A stretch of DNA of 64,000 nt from Armatimonadota bacterium. GTDB taxonomy: Bacteria; Armatimonadota; SYMT01. Each line of letters starts with the position of its first letter. The first letter of the stretch is position 1. The notes under the pieces were generated by a model. That model worked only from the letters and a program-made list of their open reading frames with translations, was not told the origin of the DNA and searched no databases. The DNA lies in assembly GCA_046292385.1 (NCBI GenBank), contig JBKBRF010000001.1:269608-333607 (forward strand), written 5' to 3'. Shown here piece by piece: positions 1-10,606 of the stretch. Made by a program: the position numbers and the translations under genes.

Positions 1-141
1 CTGGCGGCGATGCGGCTGGATAAGAAGACCCGCGGCTCCGAGCTCCGCTTCGTGCTGGCGCGCGGGATCGGCCGGGTAGAAACGGCAGCGGTGCCGGAGG
101 CGGAAGTCACGACGGCGCTGGATGCGATCTGGCCGGAATAG
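1..141 (+). CDS. aroB: 3-dehydroquinate synthase, C-terminal fragment (runs off window start)
   Basis: Frame 1 reads LAAMRLDKKTRGSELRFVLARGIGRV...WPE*; MxxDKK...RFVL..IG is the AroB C-terminal motif. Confidence 0.85.
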   Translation: MAAMRLDKKTRGSELRFVLARGIGRVETAAVPEAEVTTALDAIWPE

Positions 142-144
142 GGG

Positions 145-510
145 ATGGGGAGCTTGGATCAGAAGCCGGGCCTGGACGAGGCAGTGAACGGGAGCGCGCC
201 GGGCGCGACGGACGGCCCGGGGCGGGGCGGGCTGAAGCTGCTCCTGCAGCTCCCCGCGCTGCTCTGGCTGACGCTAGTGCTGGCGGCGTACGCCCTGGTA
301 GCGCTGCGGCCTCCGCAGCATCCGGACCCGTACGCGCCGGCCGCGGAGCGCCAGGCGTATGCGTTCGCGCCCGTTCCTGGGCTCGCGGAACTCGACGCCT
401 GGGTCGTGCCTGCCCTGGCGCTGCTCGGGATCGCCGCCCTGGCCTGGCACTTCGTCGTTGGACCTGTGAGATCGGCGCCGCCGGCCATCGCCGATCGGGA
501 TGGAACCTGA
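145..510 (+). CDS. Small hypothetical membrane protein (2 predicted TM helices)
   Basis: 121 aa with two hydrophobic stretches; TGATG overlap with the kinase start. Confidence 0.6.
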   Translation: MGSLDQKPGLDEAVNGSAPGATDGPGRGGLKLLLQLPALLWLTLVLAAYALVALRPPQHPDPYAPAAERQAYAFAPVPGLAELDAWVVPALALLGIAALAWHFVVGPVRSAPPAIADRDGT

Positions 511-2315
511 TGCCAGAGAACTCTTCGGCGAACCCGACCGCTGCCGCCGCGACGACGGTCCTGAAGGAGCGCTACGAGCTGGGCGAGCGCCTGGCGGACG
601 GCGCCTTCTTCAACAGCTTCCGCGGGCGGGACACCCATACGGGGCGCGCCGTGGCGATCAAGGTCTTGAAGCCCGAGTATGCCTCGGACGAGGTCTTCAC
701 CGCGCGGCTGCTCTCCGAGGCTCAGTGCGCGATGCAGCTTCGCCACCCGAACATCATGCAGGTGTTCGACGCCTGGCGGGAGCGCGGCACCGTGGTACTG
801 GTCACGGAGTGGGTCCGCGGCATCAATCTGAAGGAGCGGGTGAAGCGCGTCGCCCCGTTCCCGCTCGCGGTGAGCGTCGACATCTTTCTCGCCTGTGCGG
901 AGGCGCTCGCCTACGCACACGAGCAGGGCTGCGTCCACGGCGACATCCGCCCGGATAACATCATCATCACGCCCGACGGGCGCGTGAAGGTGACCGACTT
1001 CGGGATCGGCGTCAGCGTGGCCGCGTCGACCCGCATCCAGCTCAGCGCGCTGCCGCAGGCCGCGTTCTACATGGCCCCGGAGCTGGCCGAGGGGAAGATG
1101 CCGGACGCCGGCAGCGATCTCTACTCCCTGGCCTGCATCCTGTACGAAATGCTCTCCGGCGTCGTCCCGTACGACGCGGACACCCCGATCGCGGTCGCCG
1201 TGAAGCACCTGCACGAGCCGGTGCCGTCCCTCAAGCAGGCCAACCCGGCGGTTCCGAATGCGGTGAACGGCCTGGTGGCGAAGTCGATGCAGAAGTCGCC
1301 GGCGGACCGGTATCCGGACGTGCAGGCGATGCTGCAGGACGGGCACGCGATCCGGGACGCGCTGCGGAACGACCGGCCGCTCACCTGGTCCCCGATGCCG
1401 GTGGAGACGCCGGCGGCCGAGCCGGACGGAAAGAAGGTGCGCCGGCGGCCCCCGCCGGAGCCGGAGCCGGATGGGGGGCCCAGCTTCAAGTTGCTGGCGG
1501 CGCTGGGCGGCCTGATGCTGGCGATGATCGTCGGCATGTTCCTGATCATGAATGCCTATCTGGGCAGCGCGCCGAAGGAGGTCCGCGTCCCGATGGGATT
1601 GGTCGGCAAGACGCAGGGGCAGGCGGAGGAGATGCTTCGCCAGTGGGGGCTGGTCCCGAAGGTCAACGAGGAGTTCGATGACCGGATTCCGGCCGGGCAG
1701 GTGATCCGGACCGACCCGATCGGCGGCACCGAGATCCGCGCCGGGCGCGAGGTGACCCTGGCGGTGAGCAAGGGCGCCGCGCCGGTGGCGGTGCCGAACG
1801 TCACGGACAAGACCGCGGAAGAAGCGCGGCAGGATCTGGAAGACGCCGGCCTGACGGTGCGCCGGGTGACGGACGAGTACAGCGACCTTTACCAGAAGGG
1901 CAAGGTGATCTCCCAGGATCCGGTTGCGGGGACGCAGACGAAGCGCGGCTCCGGGGTCAACCTGATCGTCAGCCTGGGCCCGCCGCCGCCGCCTGCTTAC
2001 GAGGACGTGCCGGTGGAGCCGGAGACGCCCGACACCACCGAGCCGGAGCCCGGCGCCGAGCCGGGAGCCGGCACGGGCGAGATCCGCGAGCAGCAGGTGG
2101 CGATCGACGTGCCCTCGCGTCCGAACGTACCGCAGCGGGTCCGCATCACCGTGCGCCACCCGGACAACACCGAGGAGACGGTCTACGAGGAGATTCACCA
2201 GCCCGGCGCTCACGTGGAGCACACGGTGCCGGTGGAATCGCTCCGGCCCGGAAGTGAGCTCCGCATCTACGTGAACGACCGCCTGATCCCGCCGGCGACC
2301 TACCGTAATGACTAA
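510..2315 (+). CDS. pknB: PknB/Stk1-family membrane Ser/Thr kinase with two PASTA domains (atypical catalytic motifs)
   Basis: [30 protein letters not shown] motifs; TM segment; PASTA repeats ([17 protein letters not shown]...VISQDP). Confidence 0.85.
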   Translation: MPENSSANPTAAAATTVLKERYELGERLADGAFFNSFRGRDTHTGRAVAIKVLKPEYASDEVFTARLLSEAQCAMQLRHPNIMQVFDAWRERGTVVLVTEWVRGINLKERVKRVAPFPLAVSVDIFLACAEALAYAHEQGCVHGDIRPDNIIITPDGRVKVTDFGIGVSVAASTRIQLSALPQAAFYMAPELAEGKMPDAGSDLYSLACILYEMLSGVVPYDADTPIAVAVKHLHEPVPSLKQANPAVPNAVNGLVAKSMQKSPADRYPDVQAMLQDGHAIRDALRNDRPLTWSPMPVETPAAEPDGKKVRRRPPPEPEPDGGPSFKLLAALGGLMLAMIVGMFLIMNAYLGSAPKEVRVPMGLVGKTQGQAEEMLRQWGLVPKVNEEFDDRIPAGQVIRTDPIGGTEIRAGREVTLAVSKGAAPVAVPNVTDKTAEEARQDLEDAGLTVRRVTDEYSDLYQKGKVISQDPVAGTQTKRGSGVNLIVSLGPPPPPAYEDVPVEPETPDTTEPEPGAEPGAGTGEIREQQVAIDVPSRPNVPQRVRITVRHPDNTEETVYEEIHQPGAHVEHTVPVESLRPGSELRIYVNDRLIPPATYRND

Positions 2316-2994
2316 CAGAGCCCCCGGAGTGCGGATCGCCGCCTCGATTCTGTCGGCCGATTTCGCCGCGCTGGGAAGCGCGGTAGAAGCGGTGGATGCA
2401 GCAGGGACCGACTGGATCCATCTCGACGTAATGGATGGACACTTCGTCCCGAACCTCACCTTCGGGCCGCCGGTGATCCAGGCCCTGCGTCCCTTTACGA
2501 AGAAGCCGTTCGACGTGCACCTGATGGTGGAGCGGCCCGAGGAGCTGATCCCGGAGTACGTGAAGGCCGGCGCCGATCTGATCACGGTCCACGTGGAGGC
2601 GTGTCGCCACCTCCACCGGACGCTGACCTGGCTGCGGGAGCAGCGGGTCAGCCCCGGCGTGGTGCTGAACCCCGCCACTCCGCTCTCCGCGATCGAAGAG
2701 GTGATTCCGGACGTCGACCTGGTCCTGATCATGTCGGTGAACCCCGGCTTCGGCGGGCAGGGGTTCATTCCGCAAAGCGTCGACAAGATCCGCCGCCTCC
2801 GGGAGATGCTGGACCGCGCCGGCAGCCGCGCGGAGATCTCGGTCGACGGCGGGATCGCGCCGGACACGGCGGGGCAGGTGGTAGAGGCCGGCGCCTCCGT
2901 GCTCGTCTCCGGCTCCGCAATCTTCGGCAGCAAGGCCGGCCTGGAGGCCGCGATCGGGGAGCTCCGCAGCGCCGCGCTGGGACGAGGGGGCTAG
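2308..2994 (+). CDS. rpe: Ribulose-phosphate 3-epimerase
   Basis: [38 protein letters not shown] motifs. Confidence 0.97.
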   Translation: MTNRAPGVRIAASILSADFAALGSAVEAVDAAGTDWIHLDVMDGHFVPNLTFGPPVIQALRPFTKKPFDVHLMVERPEELIPEYVKAGADLITVHVEACRHLHRTLTWLREQRVSPGVVLNPATPLSAIEEVIPDVDLVLIMSVNPGFGGQGFIPQSVDKIRRLREMLDRAGSRAEISVDGGIAPDTAGQVVEAGASVLVSGSAIFGSKAGLEAAIGELRSAALGRGG

Positions 2995-2997
2995 CGG

Positions 2998-3387
2998 ATG
3001 GGAGCGGTGGCGTCGCAGTTGATCCTGGTCCTGATCGTCATCTTCGCGATCTACATGGCCTACGAGCTGTGGCGCTGGTTCCGCGGCAATCCGGCGGAGC
3101 TGACGCCGGGGCAGCTCCGCCGGAGACTGGCCGGGGCGGTGCTGCTTGCCGTCTCCCTGGGGCTCGCCTACATGGAGCCGCTGACCGCGGGCGAGCCGGT
3201 CCGCGTGCGCCTGGCCTATCTCCTCACCTCCCTGTCGTTCGCCGTGGTGGCGCTGATCCTGGCGCTCCGGGAGGCCGCTTTCGTGATGCGGCAGTACGCC
3301 CGCTGGCGCACGGAGATGCTGCGCAGCCTCAACACCGACCGGCAGCCGCAGGAGACGCCGCCCCCCGCGGAGGAGCCGCGCCGGTGA
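2998..3387 (+). CDS. Hypothetical membrane protein (3 TM)
   Basis: 129 aa with hydrophobic helices; 3 nt after rpe and GTGA overlap with ribD. Confidence 0.7.
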   Translation: MGAVASQLILVLIVIFAIYMAYELWRWFRGNPAELTPGQLRRRLAGAVLLAVSLGLAYMEPLTAGEPVRVRLAYLLTSLSFAVVALILALREAAFVMRQYARWRTEMLRSLNTDRQPQETPPPAEEPRR

Positions 3388-4538
3388 CCCGCCCCGGAGC
3401 GGAGGAGGCCGATCGCCGGCACATGGCGCGGGCCCTGGAGCTGGCCGCGCGTGCCCGCGGCCGTACCGCCCCGAACCCGATGGTCGGCGCGGTGGTCGTG
3501 TCGGGCGGCCGCGTGGTGGGCGAAGGCTGGCATCCCCGCGCGGGCGAGCCCCACGCGGAAGTCTTTGCCCTGCGGGAGGCGGGGGAAGCGGCGCGCGGCG
3601 CGACCCTCTACGTCACCCTGGAGCCGTGCTGCCACCACGGCCGCACGCCGCCGTGTGCCGAGGCCGTGGTCCGCGCGGGCATCCGGCGAGTGGTCGCCGC
3701 GACGGGAGACCCGTTCCCCCGCGTGTCCGGCGGCGGCTTCGGTCGGCTGCGCGAAGCGGGAATCGAGGTCGAGTGCGGCCTCCTCGCTCGGGAAGCCCTC
3801 GAGCTGAACCGCGCCTACTTCCGCGCCGTCCGCACCGGCCTGCCGTGGCTCACGCTCAAGATGGCGGTCACCCTGGACGGCAAGATCGCCACCCGCACCG
3901 GCGACAGCCGCTGGGTGACCGGCGAGGCGGCGCGGGAGCAGGTCCACCGCCTGCGGGACTGGCACGACGCGGTGCTGATCGGGAGCGGCACCGCCCGTGC
4001 CGATAACCCCCAGCTCACCGCGCGCCTGGACGGAGCCCGGAGCCCGCTGCGCGTGGTGATCGACGCCCGCGCGGAGCTTTCGCCGGAGAGCCTCCTCGCC
4101 CGCACCGCGCGGGAGGTGCCGACCCTCCTCGCCTGCGGCCCGGAGGCGGAGACCGGTCCGCTGGAGCGTTGGGGCGTCGAAGTGGTGCGGCTACCGCTGG
4201 CGGCGGGCCGTGTCCCCCTGGAGCCGCTGCTGCGAGAGCTGGTCCGCCGCGGGATCCACTCCGTCCTCTGCGAGGGCGGCGCGCGGCTGGCGGGGAGCCT
4301 GCTCGACGCGGGGCTGGTGAACGAGCTGGCCTGGTTCATCGCGCCGAAGCTGGTCGGCGACCGGGAAGCACCCGGCGCGGTTGAGGGCGCGGGCATTACG
4401 CGGATGACGGAGGCGCCCGTCCTCTCGGACGTGCGGGTGAGCCAGTTCGGGCCGGACCTCCTCGTCTCGGGTTACCTGACGCCGCTCGACTTTTCGGCGA
4501 GCGACGAGACGGCCGTCGATCTCGCGGCGGAGCGATAA
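3384..4538 (+). CDS. ribD: Bifunctional diaminohydroxyphosphoribosylaminopyrimidine deaminase / reductase
   Basis: PNPMVGAV, HAE, TLEPCCHHGRTPPC, TLDGKIAT, EGGA motifs; GTG start at 3384 inside the longer 2601 ORF. Confidence 0.95.
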   Translation: MTRPGAEEADRRHMARALELAARARGRTAPNPMVGAVVVSGGRVVGEGWHPRAGEPHAEVFALREAGEAARGATLYVTLEPCCHHGRTPPCAEAVVRAGIRRVVAATGDPFPRVSGGGFGRLREAGIEVECGLLAREALELNRAYFRAVRTGLPWLTLKMAVTLDGKIATRTGDSRWVTGEAAREQVHRLRDWHDAVLIGSGTARADNPQLTARLDGARSPLRVVIDARAELSPESLLARTAREVPTLLACGPEAETGPLERWGVEVVRLPLAAGRVPLEPLLRELVRRGIHSVLCEGGARLAGSLLDAGLVNELAWFIAPKLVGDREAPGAVEGAGITRMTEAPVLSDVRVSQFGPDLLVSGYLTPLDFSASDETAVDLAAER

Positions 4539-4579
4539 GCTACAGCTATCGGCCCTGGTGGAAGGAGCGAGCGCCGGAC

Positions 4580-5200
4580 ATGTTTACCGGGATCATCGAA
4601 GAGGCGGGCCAGGTGCTCCGGGTCCAGTCGCAGGACGAGGGCGCCCGCCTCGAGCTGGAAGCCCCCGCGGTGGCGGCTGACGTCCGCCTGGGCGACAGCG
4701 TGGCGGTGAACGGCGTCTGCCTCACCGTAGTGGCGCACGAGGGACCGCGCCTCGCGTTCGACGCGGTCCGCGAGACGCTGCAGCGCTCCAACCTCGGCAC
4801 GCTGCGTCCCGGCCACCGCGTGAACCTGGAGCGCCCCCTGCGCGCCGGCGGCAGGCTGGACGGCCACCTGGTGCAGGGCCACGTGGACGGCACCGGCGTG
4901 TTGAGCTCCGTCGTAGAAGAGGGTGGGTCGCACCGGCTCCGGTTCCAGGCGCTGCCCTCGCTCCTCCGCTACGTGGTGGAGAAAGGCTCCATCGCAGTCG
5001 ACGGGATCAGCCTCACCGTCGCGGCGGTCGGGCCGGACTGGTTCGAGGTAGTGATCATCCCGCACACCTGGCAGGTCACCAACCTCTCCGGCCGCGGGCT
5101 GGGGGAGACGGTGAACCTGGAGGTCGACATCCTGGCGAAGTACGTGGAGCGGCTCCTGGCGGGGCGGCTGCCGGACGCCGGAGCGCCCGGGGGCGCGTAA
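4580..5200 (+). CDS. ribE: Riboflavin synthase (alpha chain)
   Basis: MFTGIIE N-terminus, GDSVAVNGVCLTV, GHLVQGHVDG, VNLEVD. Confidence 0.97.
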   Translation: MFTGIIEEAGQVLRVQSQDEGARLELEAPAVAADVRLGDSVAVNGVCLTVVAHEGPRLAFDAVRETLQRSNLGTLRPGHRVNLERPLRAGGRLDGHLVQGHVDGTGVLSSVVEEGGSHRLRFQALPSLLRYVVEKGSIAVDGISLTVAAVGPDWFEVVIIPHTWQVTNLSGRGLGETVNLEVDILAKYVERLLAGRLPDAGAPGGA

Positions 5201-5243
5201 GAAGTAACAGGGCCGCAGCAGCGGCCCGGCAAGGAGGAGCGGC

Positions 5244-6494
5244 ATGCCGTTCTGCAGCGTGGAAGAAGCGATCCGGGAGATCCGCGCGGGCAAGATGCTC
5301 GTGGTGGTCGACAGCGAGGACCGGGAGAACGAAGGCGACCTGGTGATGGCCGCCGAGTGCATCACTCCGGAAGCGATCAACTTCATGGAGACGCACGCCC
5401 GCGGCTGGGTCTGCGTGCCGCTGGAGGGACAGCGGCTCGACCAGCTCGATCTGCCGCTGATGGTCGCCCGCGGCACCGCCCGCCTCGGGACCGCGTTCAC
5501 GGTGACGGTCGACGCCCGTTACGGCACCACCACCGGCATCTCCGCCAAGGAGCAGGCCCACACGATCCAGGTGCTGCTCGATCCGGACACCCGGCCTTCC
5601 GACCTGCTGCGCCCCGGCCACGTGCGCCCGCTTCGGGCCGCACCGGGCGGCGTGCTGCTGCGCGCTGGGCACACCGAGGCGGCGGTCGACCTCGCCCGGA
5701 TGGCCGGCTTCCAGCCCGCGGGCGTTATCTGCGAGATCAAGCGGACCGACGGCGAGATGGCGCGCGTGCCCGAGCTGACGGAGTTCGCCGCCGAGCACGA
5801 CCTGAAGATCCTGACGATCGCCGATCTGATCGCCTACCGCCGCCAGACCGAGAAGCTGGTCAGCCGGGAGGCGAGCTGCCGGCTTCCGACGAAGTTCGGG
5901 GAGTTCGTGGCGCACGCCTACGAGACGACAGTCGACAGCAAGCCGTACCTCGCGCTGGTGCTCGGCGAGATCGATCCGGAGGAGCCGGTGCTGGTGCGCG
6001 CCCACAGCGGCTGCGTCACCGGCGATATCCTTCACTCGCTGAAGTGCGACTGCGGCAAGCAGCTCCACCGTGCGCTGGAGCGGATCCAGCGGGAAGGACG
6101 CGGCGTGCTGCTCTACCTGCAGGGGCACGAGGGGCGCGGGATCGGCCTGACCAACAAGATCCGGGCCTACGCGCTGCAGGACGCCGGGATGGACACCGTA
6201 GAGGCGAACCAGCACCTGGGGTTCCCCGCGGACATGCGGGACTACGGGATCGGCGCGCAGATCCTCTACGATCTCGGCGTGCGCAAGATGCGGCTGATGA
6301 CGAACAACCCGCGCAAACGCTCCGCTCTGCACGGCTACGGCCTCTCCGTAGTGGAGATCGTGCCGCTGAGCGGCGGGGTGACGGAGGAGAACCAGCGCTA
6401 CCTCCAGACCAAGCGGGACAAGCTGGGACACATGCTGCCGACCGACCTGCGCGTCGAGGCCGAAGATGAAGCGGCGGGCCGGCTCGACGCGTAG
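5244..6494 (+). CDS. ribBA: Bifunctional DHBP synthase / GTP cyclohydrolase II
   Basis: [28 protein letters not shown]...CDCG, EGRGIGL motifs. Confidence 0.97.
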   Translation: MPFCSVEEAIREIRAGKMLVVVDSEDRENEGDLVMAAECITPEAINFMETHARGWVCVPLEGQRLDQLDLPLMVARGTARLGTAFTVTVDARYGTTTGISAKEQAHTIQVLLDPDTRPSDLLRPGHVRPLRAAPGGVLLRAGHTEAAVDLARMAGFQPAGVICEIKRTDGEMARVPELTEFAAEHDLKILTIADLIAYRRQTEKLVSREASCRLPTKFGEFVAHAYETTVDSKPYLALVLGEIDPEEPVLVRAHSGCVTGDILHSLKCDCGKQLHRALERIQREGRGVLLYLQGHEGRGIGLTNKIRAYALQDAGMDTVEANQHLGFPADMRDYGIGAQILYDLGVRKMRLMTNNPRKRSALHGYGLSVVEIVPLSGGVTEENQRYLQTKRDKLGHMLPTDLRVEAEDEAAGRLDA

Positions 6495-6520
6495 CTTCAA
6501 AGGAATCTGGGAACAAGGCG

Positions 6521-6997
6521 ATGGCGAATGAAATCCAGGGTCGGCTCACCGCCGCCGGGGTCCGGGTCGGAATCGTGGTGGCTCGCTTCAACGAGCTGAT
6601 CACCAGCCAGCTGCTGAAGGGCGCGGAGGACGCGCTGCTCCGGCACGGCGGCGATCCGGACGCCGTGGACGTGGCGTGGGTGCCCGGCTCCTTTGAGATT
6701 CCGGTGGTAGCGCAGCAGATGGCCCGGTCCGGGAAGTACGACGCCATCGTATGCCTGGGCGCGCTGATCCGGGGGGCGACGAGTCACTATGACCACCTCG
6801 CCGCCTCCGTGACCGGCGCGCTCCTCGGCATCTCGGTGGAGAGCGGCCTTCCGGTGGTGAACGGGGTCCTGACGACGGAGACGATCGAGCAGGCGCTGGA
6901 GCGGGCGGGAACGAAAGCGGGGAACAAAGGCTACGATGCCGCGGTGACCGCTCTCGAGATGGCCTCCGTGCTCCGGCAGCTCGGCTCCGCCCGTTAG
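6521..6997 (+). CDS. ribH: 6,7-dimethyl-8-ribityllumazine synthase
   Basis: [25 protein letters not shown] motifs. Confidence 0.97.
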   Translation: MANEIQGRLTAAGVRVGIVVARFNELITSQLLKGAEDALLRHGGDPDAVDVAWVPGSFEIPVVAQQMARSGKYDAIVCLGALIRGATSHYDHLAASVTGALLGISVESGLPVVNGVLTTETIEQALERAGTKAGNKGYDAAVTALEMASVLRQLGSAR

Positions 6998-7040
6998 CCC
7001 ATGCGGCGCTTCCCCGGGAAGAGTAGGGAAGCGGAACAGC

Positions 7041-8135
7041 ATGGGACAGGCGGTGCGCAGTAATCTGATGGCCTTCGTGATCGGCTTCGTCACCTGCGCG
7101 GCGGCAGCGCGGCTGATGCTGCCGACCCCGGTGGCGGCGGTCTCGCCCGGCAGCTTTAGCACGGCGAACCCGGCCGACGTGGTGGCGGCAGTCGCCGCCT
7201 CCGTCGTGAACCTGGAGGTCTACGACCAGACCGGCGAGGGCGGCGAAAAGGAAGGCGTCTGGCCGCGCCTCCTCGGCATTCCGGCCGGCGTGCCGGGCGA
7301 CCCGAGCGCCGTCGCCTCCGGCGTGATCATCGACTCCAAAGGCTTCATCCTCACCAACGATCACGTCGTGGAAGAGGCCGCCCGCATCCGGGCGCGGCTC
7401 TCCGACGGCCGCTCCTTCGACGCCAAGGTCGTCGGCCGAGATCCGCACACCGACCTGGCCGTGGTGAAGATCGACGCGGGCAACCTCCAGCCGGCGCGCC
7501 TGGGCGACTCCCGGCACGTGCGGCCCGGCGACTCGGTGGTCGCCATCGGCAACCCGCTCGGCTTCGAGAGCAGCGTGAGCGTGGGCGTGGTCAGCGCCAA
7601 CCGCGAGGGGCCCTTCCGGATCGACGGCCGTACCCTGGGCGACATGATCCAGACCGACGCGGCGATCAACCAGGGCAACTCCGGCGGCGGTCTGTTCACG
7701 GCGGACGGCAAGCTGATCGGGATCAACACCGCGATCATGGTCGCCAAGGGCGGCAGCGGCAGCATCGGCATCGGCTTCGCCACGCCGACTCACCGCGCTC
7801 GCCCGGTGCTCGAGTCGCTGATCGCCGAGGGCAAGGTCAGCCGCCCCTGGCTCGGCATCCGCTACCGCAACCCGAGCTCCGGTTACCTGGTCCGCCGCGC
7901 GCGGCAGGGGGTCGGTCTGATGGTCGAGGAAGTGCTCCCCCGCAGCCCCGCCTCTCTCGCCGGCCTGATGCCGGCCGACATCCTCCGCCAGATCGGCGAG
8001 TGCCCCATCCGCAGTGCCGACGACATGTACACCTTCATGGCGCGCTACCAGCCGGGGCAGGAGGTGGAAGCCCGGGTGCTGCGCGGCGGCGTGGAAAAGA
8101 AGCTGCGGCTGAAGCTGGCGGCCCGGCCGGAGTAG
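7041..8135 (+). CDS. HtrA/DegP-family serine protease with one PDZ domain
   Basis: TNDHVV (His), DLAV (Asp), QTDAAINQGNSGG (Ser), C-terminal PDZ, N-terminal anchor. Confidence 0.92.
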   Translation: MGQAVRSNLMAFVIGFVTCAAAARLMLPTPVAAVSPGSFSTANPADVVAAVAASVVNLEVYDQTGEGGEKEGVWPRLLGIPAGVPGDPSAVASGVIIDSKGFILTNDHVVEEAARIRARLSDGRSFDAKVVGRDPHTDLAVVKIDAGNLQPARLGDSRHVRPGDSVVAIGNPLGFESSVSVGVVSANREGPFRIDGRTLGDMIQTDAAINQGNSGGGLFTADGKLIGINTAIMVAKGGSGSIGIGFATPTHRARPVLESLIAEGKVSRPWLGIRYRNPSSGYLVRRARQGVGLMVEEVLPRSPASLAGLMPADILRQIGECPIRSADDMYTFMARYQPGQEVEARVLRGGVEKKLRLKLAARPE

Positions 8136-8185
8136 CCGCACTCCGTGGGGGTGGCTCGCCAGCACCGGCAGTCGGCGCTCTTCGG

Positions 8186-8294
8186 CGCGGCCTAACCCCC
8201 CAGCCCCCTTCCCTGAAGTGGAAGGGGGAGCAGGCTTGGCTATCACCGATAGCTCCCCTCTACTCTCAGGAGAGGGGCCTGGGGTGAGGCCGCG
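8186..8294. repeat. REP-like inverted pair of palindromic units
   Basis: CCTAACCCCCCAGCCCCCTTCC..GGAAGGGGGAGC facing GCTCCCCTCT..AGAGGGGCCTGGGGTGAGG, with CGCGGCC/GGCCGCG outer ends; between convergent genes. Confidence 0.7.
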
Positions 8295-8448
8295 TTTGCC
8301 GCATCACTGCCCGGTTTCATCGCGCAGAGACTGACGGACTGCTGACCGAGGCGGGCACCAAGCCGGGAGCGAGGCCAGCCCGTGGCGCGCCACCTCTGTG
8401 CGGTCCGTCTATTGGTTCCTCTGTGTCCGTTTGTGTCGAGAAAGAGCC

Positions 8449-9363
8449 TCAGGAGCCCGGAAGCGACTCCAGGCGCTCCTCGATCTGGCGGCGGAGCGAC
8501 TCCTCCGGCAGCAGGCCGCTTGCGTCGGCGACCGTGGGGTGCGGGAGCGGCTCCGGGGCGACGATCCGCACCTCTTCATTCTCCACGCTCACCGGATAGA
8601 GGCTGATCCCTTCCTGGGCGGGGCCGCTCACCTGCTGGCCGGTGACGACGTTGAACTGCGAGCCGTGCCAGGGACAGGTCACCACCCCGCAGGCGAGGGC
8701 GCCGTCGGAGAGCGGACCGCCTTTGTGTGGGCAGTGGTCCTGGAAGGCGACGATCCGGTTGTCGACGCGCGCGACCACGATCCGGTGGCCGTTCAGGTGG
8801 ACCAGCTTCATCTGGCCCGGCTTCTCGAACTCGCTCATCTCCGCCACGGAGATCCGCTCGCCGGCCGGTCCCTCCAGCTTGCCGCTTTCCCGGTGGCGGG
8901 TGGCGTTCGGGCCGCGGTGGTCTACCCCGATCTGGTTCCGGTAGACGAGTGTGCCGCCGAGCCAGCCCGAGTACATCAGCCCGGCCATGCCGACCAGCGA
9001 GAGCGGAGTGCCGAGCCAGCGGCCCCAGCGGTCCGGGGAGCGCTTCCGGAGCAGCAGGTTGAGCGCATACAGCCCGGTGATGCTGACGTTCATCAGCCCG
9101 TGCGTGGCGCCGCGCTTCTTGGCGGAGCTGTTCGGCGGAATGACGGCGAAGTAGTCGATCGCGCCCGGAACGGCCGCCGCCAGCGCGCCGATGATCCCCG
9201 CGAACATCATGTCGTCCGCGCTCCGGCGGAGCTGGTCGGCCCCATCCCCGTCCTTCGCCGCGGAAGCGAGATCGTAGGCAAAGCTGCCGGTCCAGAGACC
9301 GATCGGCAGCGCGATGAGCATCGGGTGGATCGGGTGGCTTCCGATCGAGGCTCGGCTCTTCAC
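8449..9363 (-). CDS. DUF2231-type membrane domain fused to a C-terminal Rieske [2Fe-2S] domain
   Basis: HPIHPMLIALPIG...HGLMN...GWLGGTLVY membrane domain; CPH...CPWHG Rieske ligands; GTG start after GAAGGAG. Confidence 0.85.
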   Translation of the reverse strand: MKSRASIGSHPIHPMLIALPIGLWTGSFAYDLASAAKDGDGADQLRRSADDMMFAGIIGALAAAVPGAIDYFAVIPPNSSAKKRGATHGLMNVSITGLYALNLLLRKRSPDRWGRWLGTPLSLVGMAGLMYSGWLGGTLVYRNQIGVDHRGPNATRHRESGKLEGPAGERISVAEMSEFEKPGQMKLVHLNGHRIVVARVDNRIVAFQDHCPHKGGPLSDGALACGVVTCPWHGSQFNVVTGQQVSGPAQEGISLYPVSVENEEVRIVAPEPLPHPTVADASGLLPEESLRRQIEERLESLPGS

Positions 9364-9556
9364 GGCGGGCACTCCTTCGCCTGGCCGGCACCCACCCGGG
9401 CGGTGGGCCGCAGTCACAGGCCAGGCTTATTTGCCCTCCCGCAAACAAGCTCCAAACAAGTCTGGAGAAGGAAGACGAAAGAAGAAAGAAGCCTCTCACG
9501 AAGTCTTGGCCGCGCCGGCGAGAGGTGGTGTCCGTCGTGCCCGGTTCTTTCCTCTC

Positions 9557-10504
9557 TCATCTCTCCTCTAAAGGTCTTGTCATCCGCCAACACCGGTGGA
9601 TCTTCTTGTTCCGGTAGTCTTCCGGAATGGTCAGCGCGGTGATCTCGTGCCGGTCGGCGGGGAGCAGCTCCTCCTCTTCCAGGTGGAAGCCGCGGTAGTT
9701 GGTGCTGAAGTAGAGCACGCCGCCCGGGTCGAGCAGCCGCAGGCACCCGTTGATGATCTCCACGTGGCGCTGCTGCACGTCGAAGACCTCCCGCATCTTC
9801 TTGGAGTTGCTGAAGGTCGGCGGGTCGCAGACGATCAGGTCGAAGCGCCGCCGCGCCCGCAGCGCCTCCGGCAGCCACTGCAAGATGTCCGCGCGCTCCA
9901 GGCGGTTGGTCTCCGTGCGGAGGCCGTTGAGCTCGAAGTTGCGGGCCGCCCAGGCGAGGTAGGTGTTCGAGATGTCGACGCTGGTGGTGCCGGCGGCGCC
10001 GCCCGCGGCGGCGTAGACGCTGAAGCTGGCGGTGTAGCAGAAGAGGTTCAGCATCCGCCGGCCTTCCGCTTCGTCCTGGACCATCTTGCGGGTGGTGCGG
10101 TGGTCCAGGAAGAGGCCGGTGTCGTGGTAATCGGAGAGGTTCACCCAGAACTGGTGCCCCTGCTCCCGGACTACGAACTCCTCTCGCTCCTCGGCGACCT
10201 TCTCATACTGGGAGAGACCGCGCTGGCGGGCGCGCTCCTTCAGGTAGAGGTGGTCGTCGTCGACCCCCAGGCCTTCTTTCACCTCGCGGACCACTTCGTC
10301 GAGCCACGCCTCGCGCTGCTCCGGCGTCTCATCCTTCTTCCGGTGCATCGCCCAGACCAGCGCGCGGCCGTCGTACCAGTCGACCACCAGCGGCTGGTCC
10401 GGAATGTCCTTCTCGTAAAGCCGGAAGCAGGTGACGTCGCTGCGCCGCGCCCACTTCCGCAGGTGCCGGTAGACGCGCTGGAGCCGGTTGGCGAGCATAC
10501 CCAT
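9557..10504 (-). CDS. Stand-alone RlmK-like rRNA methyltransferase (C-terminal half of RlmKL)
   Basis: LANRL...FRLYEKDIP, DYHDTGLFLDHR, LNLFCYTAS, DPPTFSNSK motifs; real start about 10504, not 11701. Confidence 0.85.
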   Translation of the reverse strand: MGMLANRLQRVYRHLRKWARRSDVTCFRLYEKDIPDQPLVVDWYDGRALVWAMHRKKDETPEQREAWLDEVVREVKEGLGVDDDHLYLKERARQRGLSQYEKVAEEREEFVVREQGHQFWVNLSDYHDTGLFLDHRTTRKMVQDEAEGRRMLNLFCYTASFSVYAAAGGAAGTTSVDISNTYLAWAARNFELNGLRTETNRLERADILQWLPEALRARRRFDLIVCDPPTFSNSKKMREVFDVQQRHVEIINGCLRLLDPGGVLYFSTNYRGFHLEEEELLPADRHEITALTIPEDYRNKKIHRCWRMTRPLEER

Positions 10505-10606
10505 GGCAGGTCTGATTCTGATCGTGTTTAAGCGGCCGGGCTCCCCAGGTAGGCAATGTCTGGAGCCTAGCTGAATGCGCGGGGGACGGGCCGCGGGAGA
10601 ATTCTG

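Noticed and set aside
159..2933. 924-aa minus-strand ORF and many other long antisense or alternate-frame ORFs (e.g. 24633-27959, 41906-44041, 5076-6500)
   Set aside because: Shadow ORFs of well-supported genes in high-GC DNA; Arg/Pro/Gly-rich with no motifs
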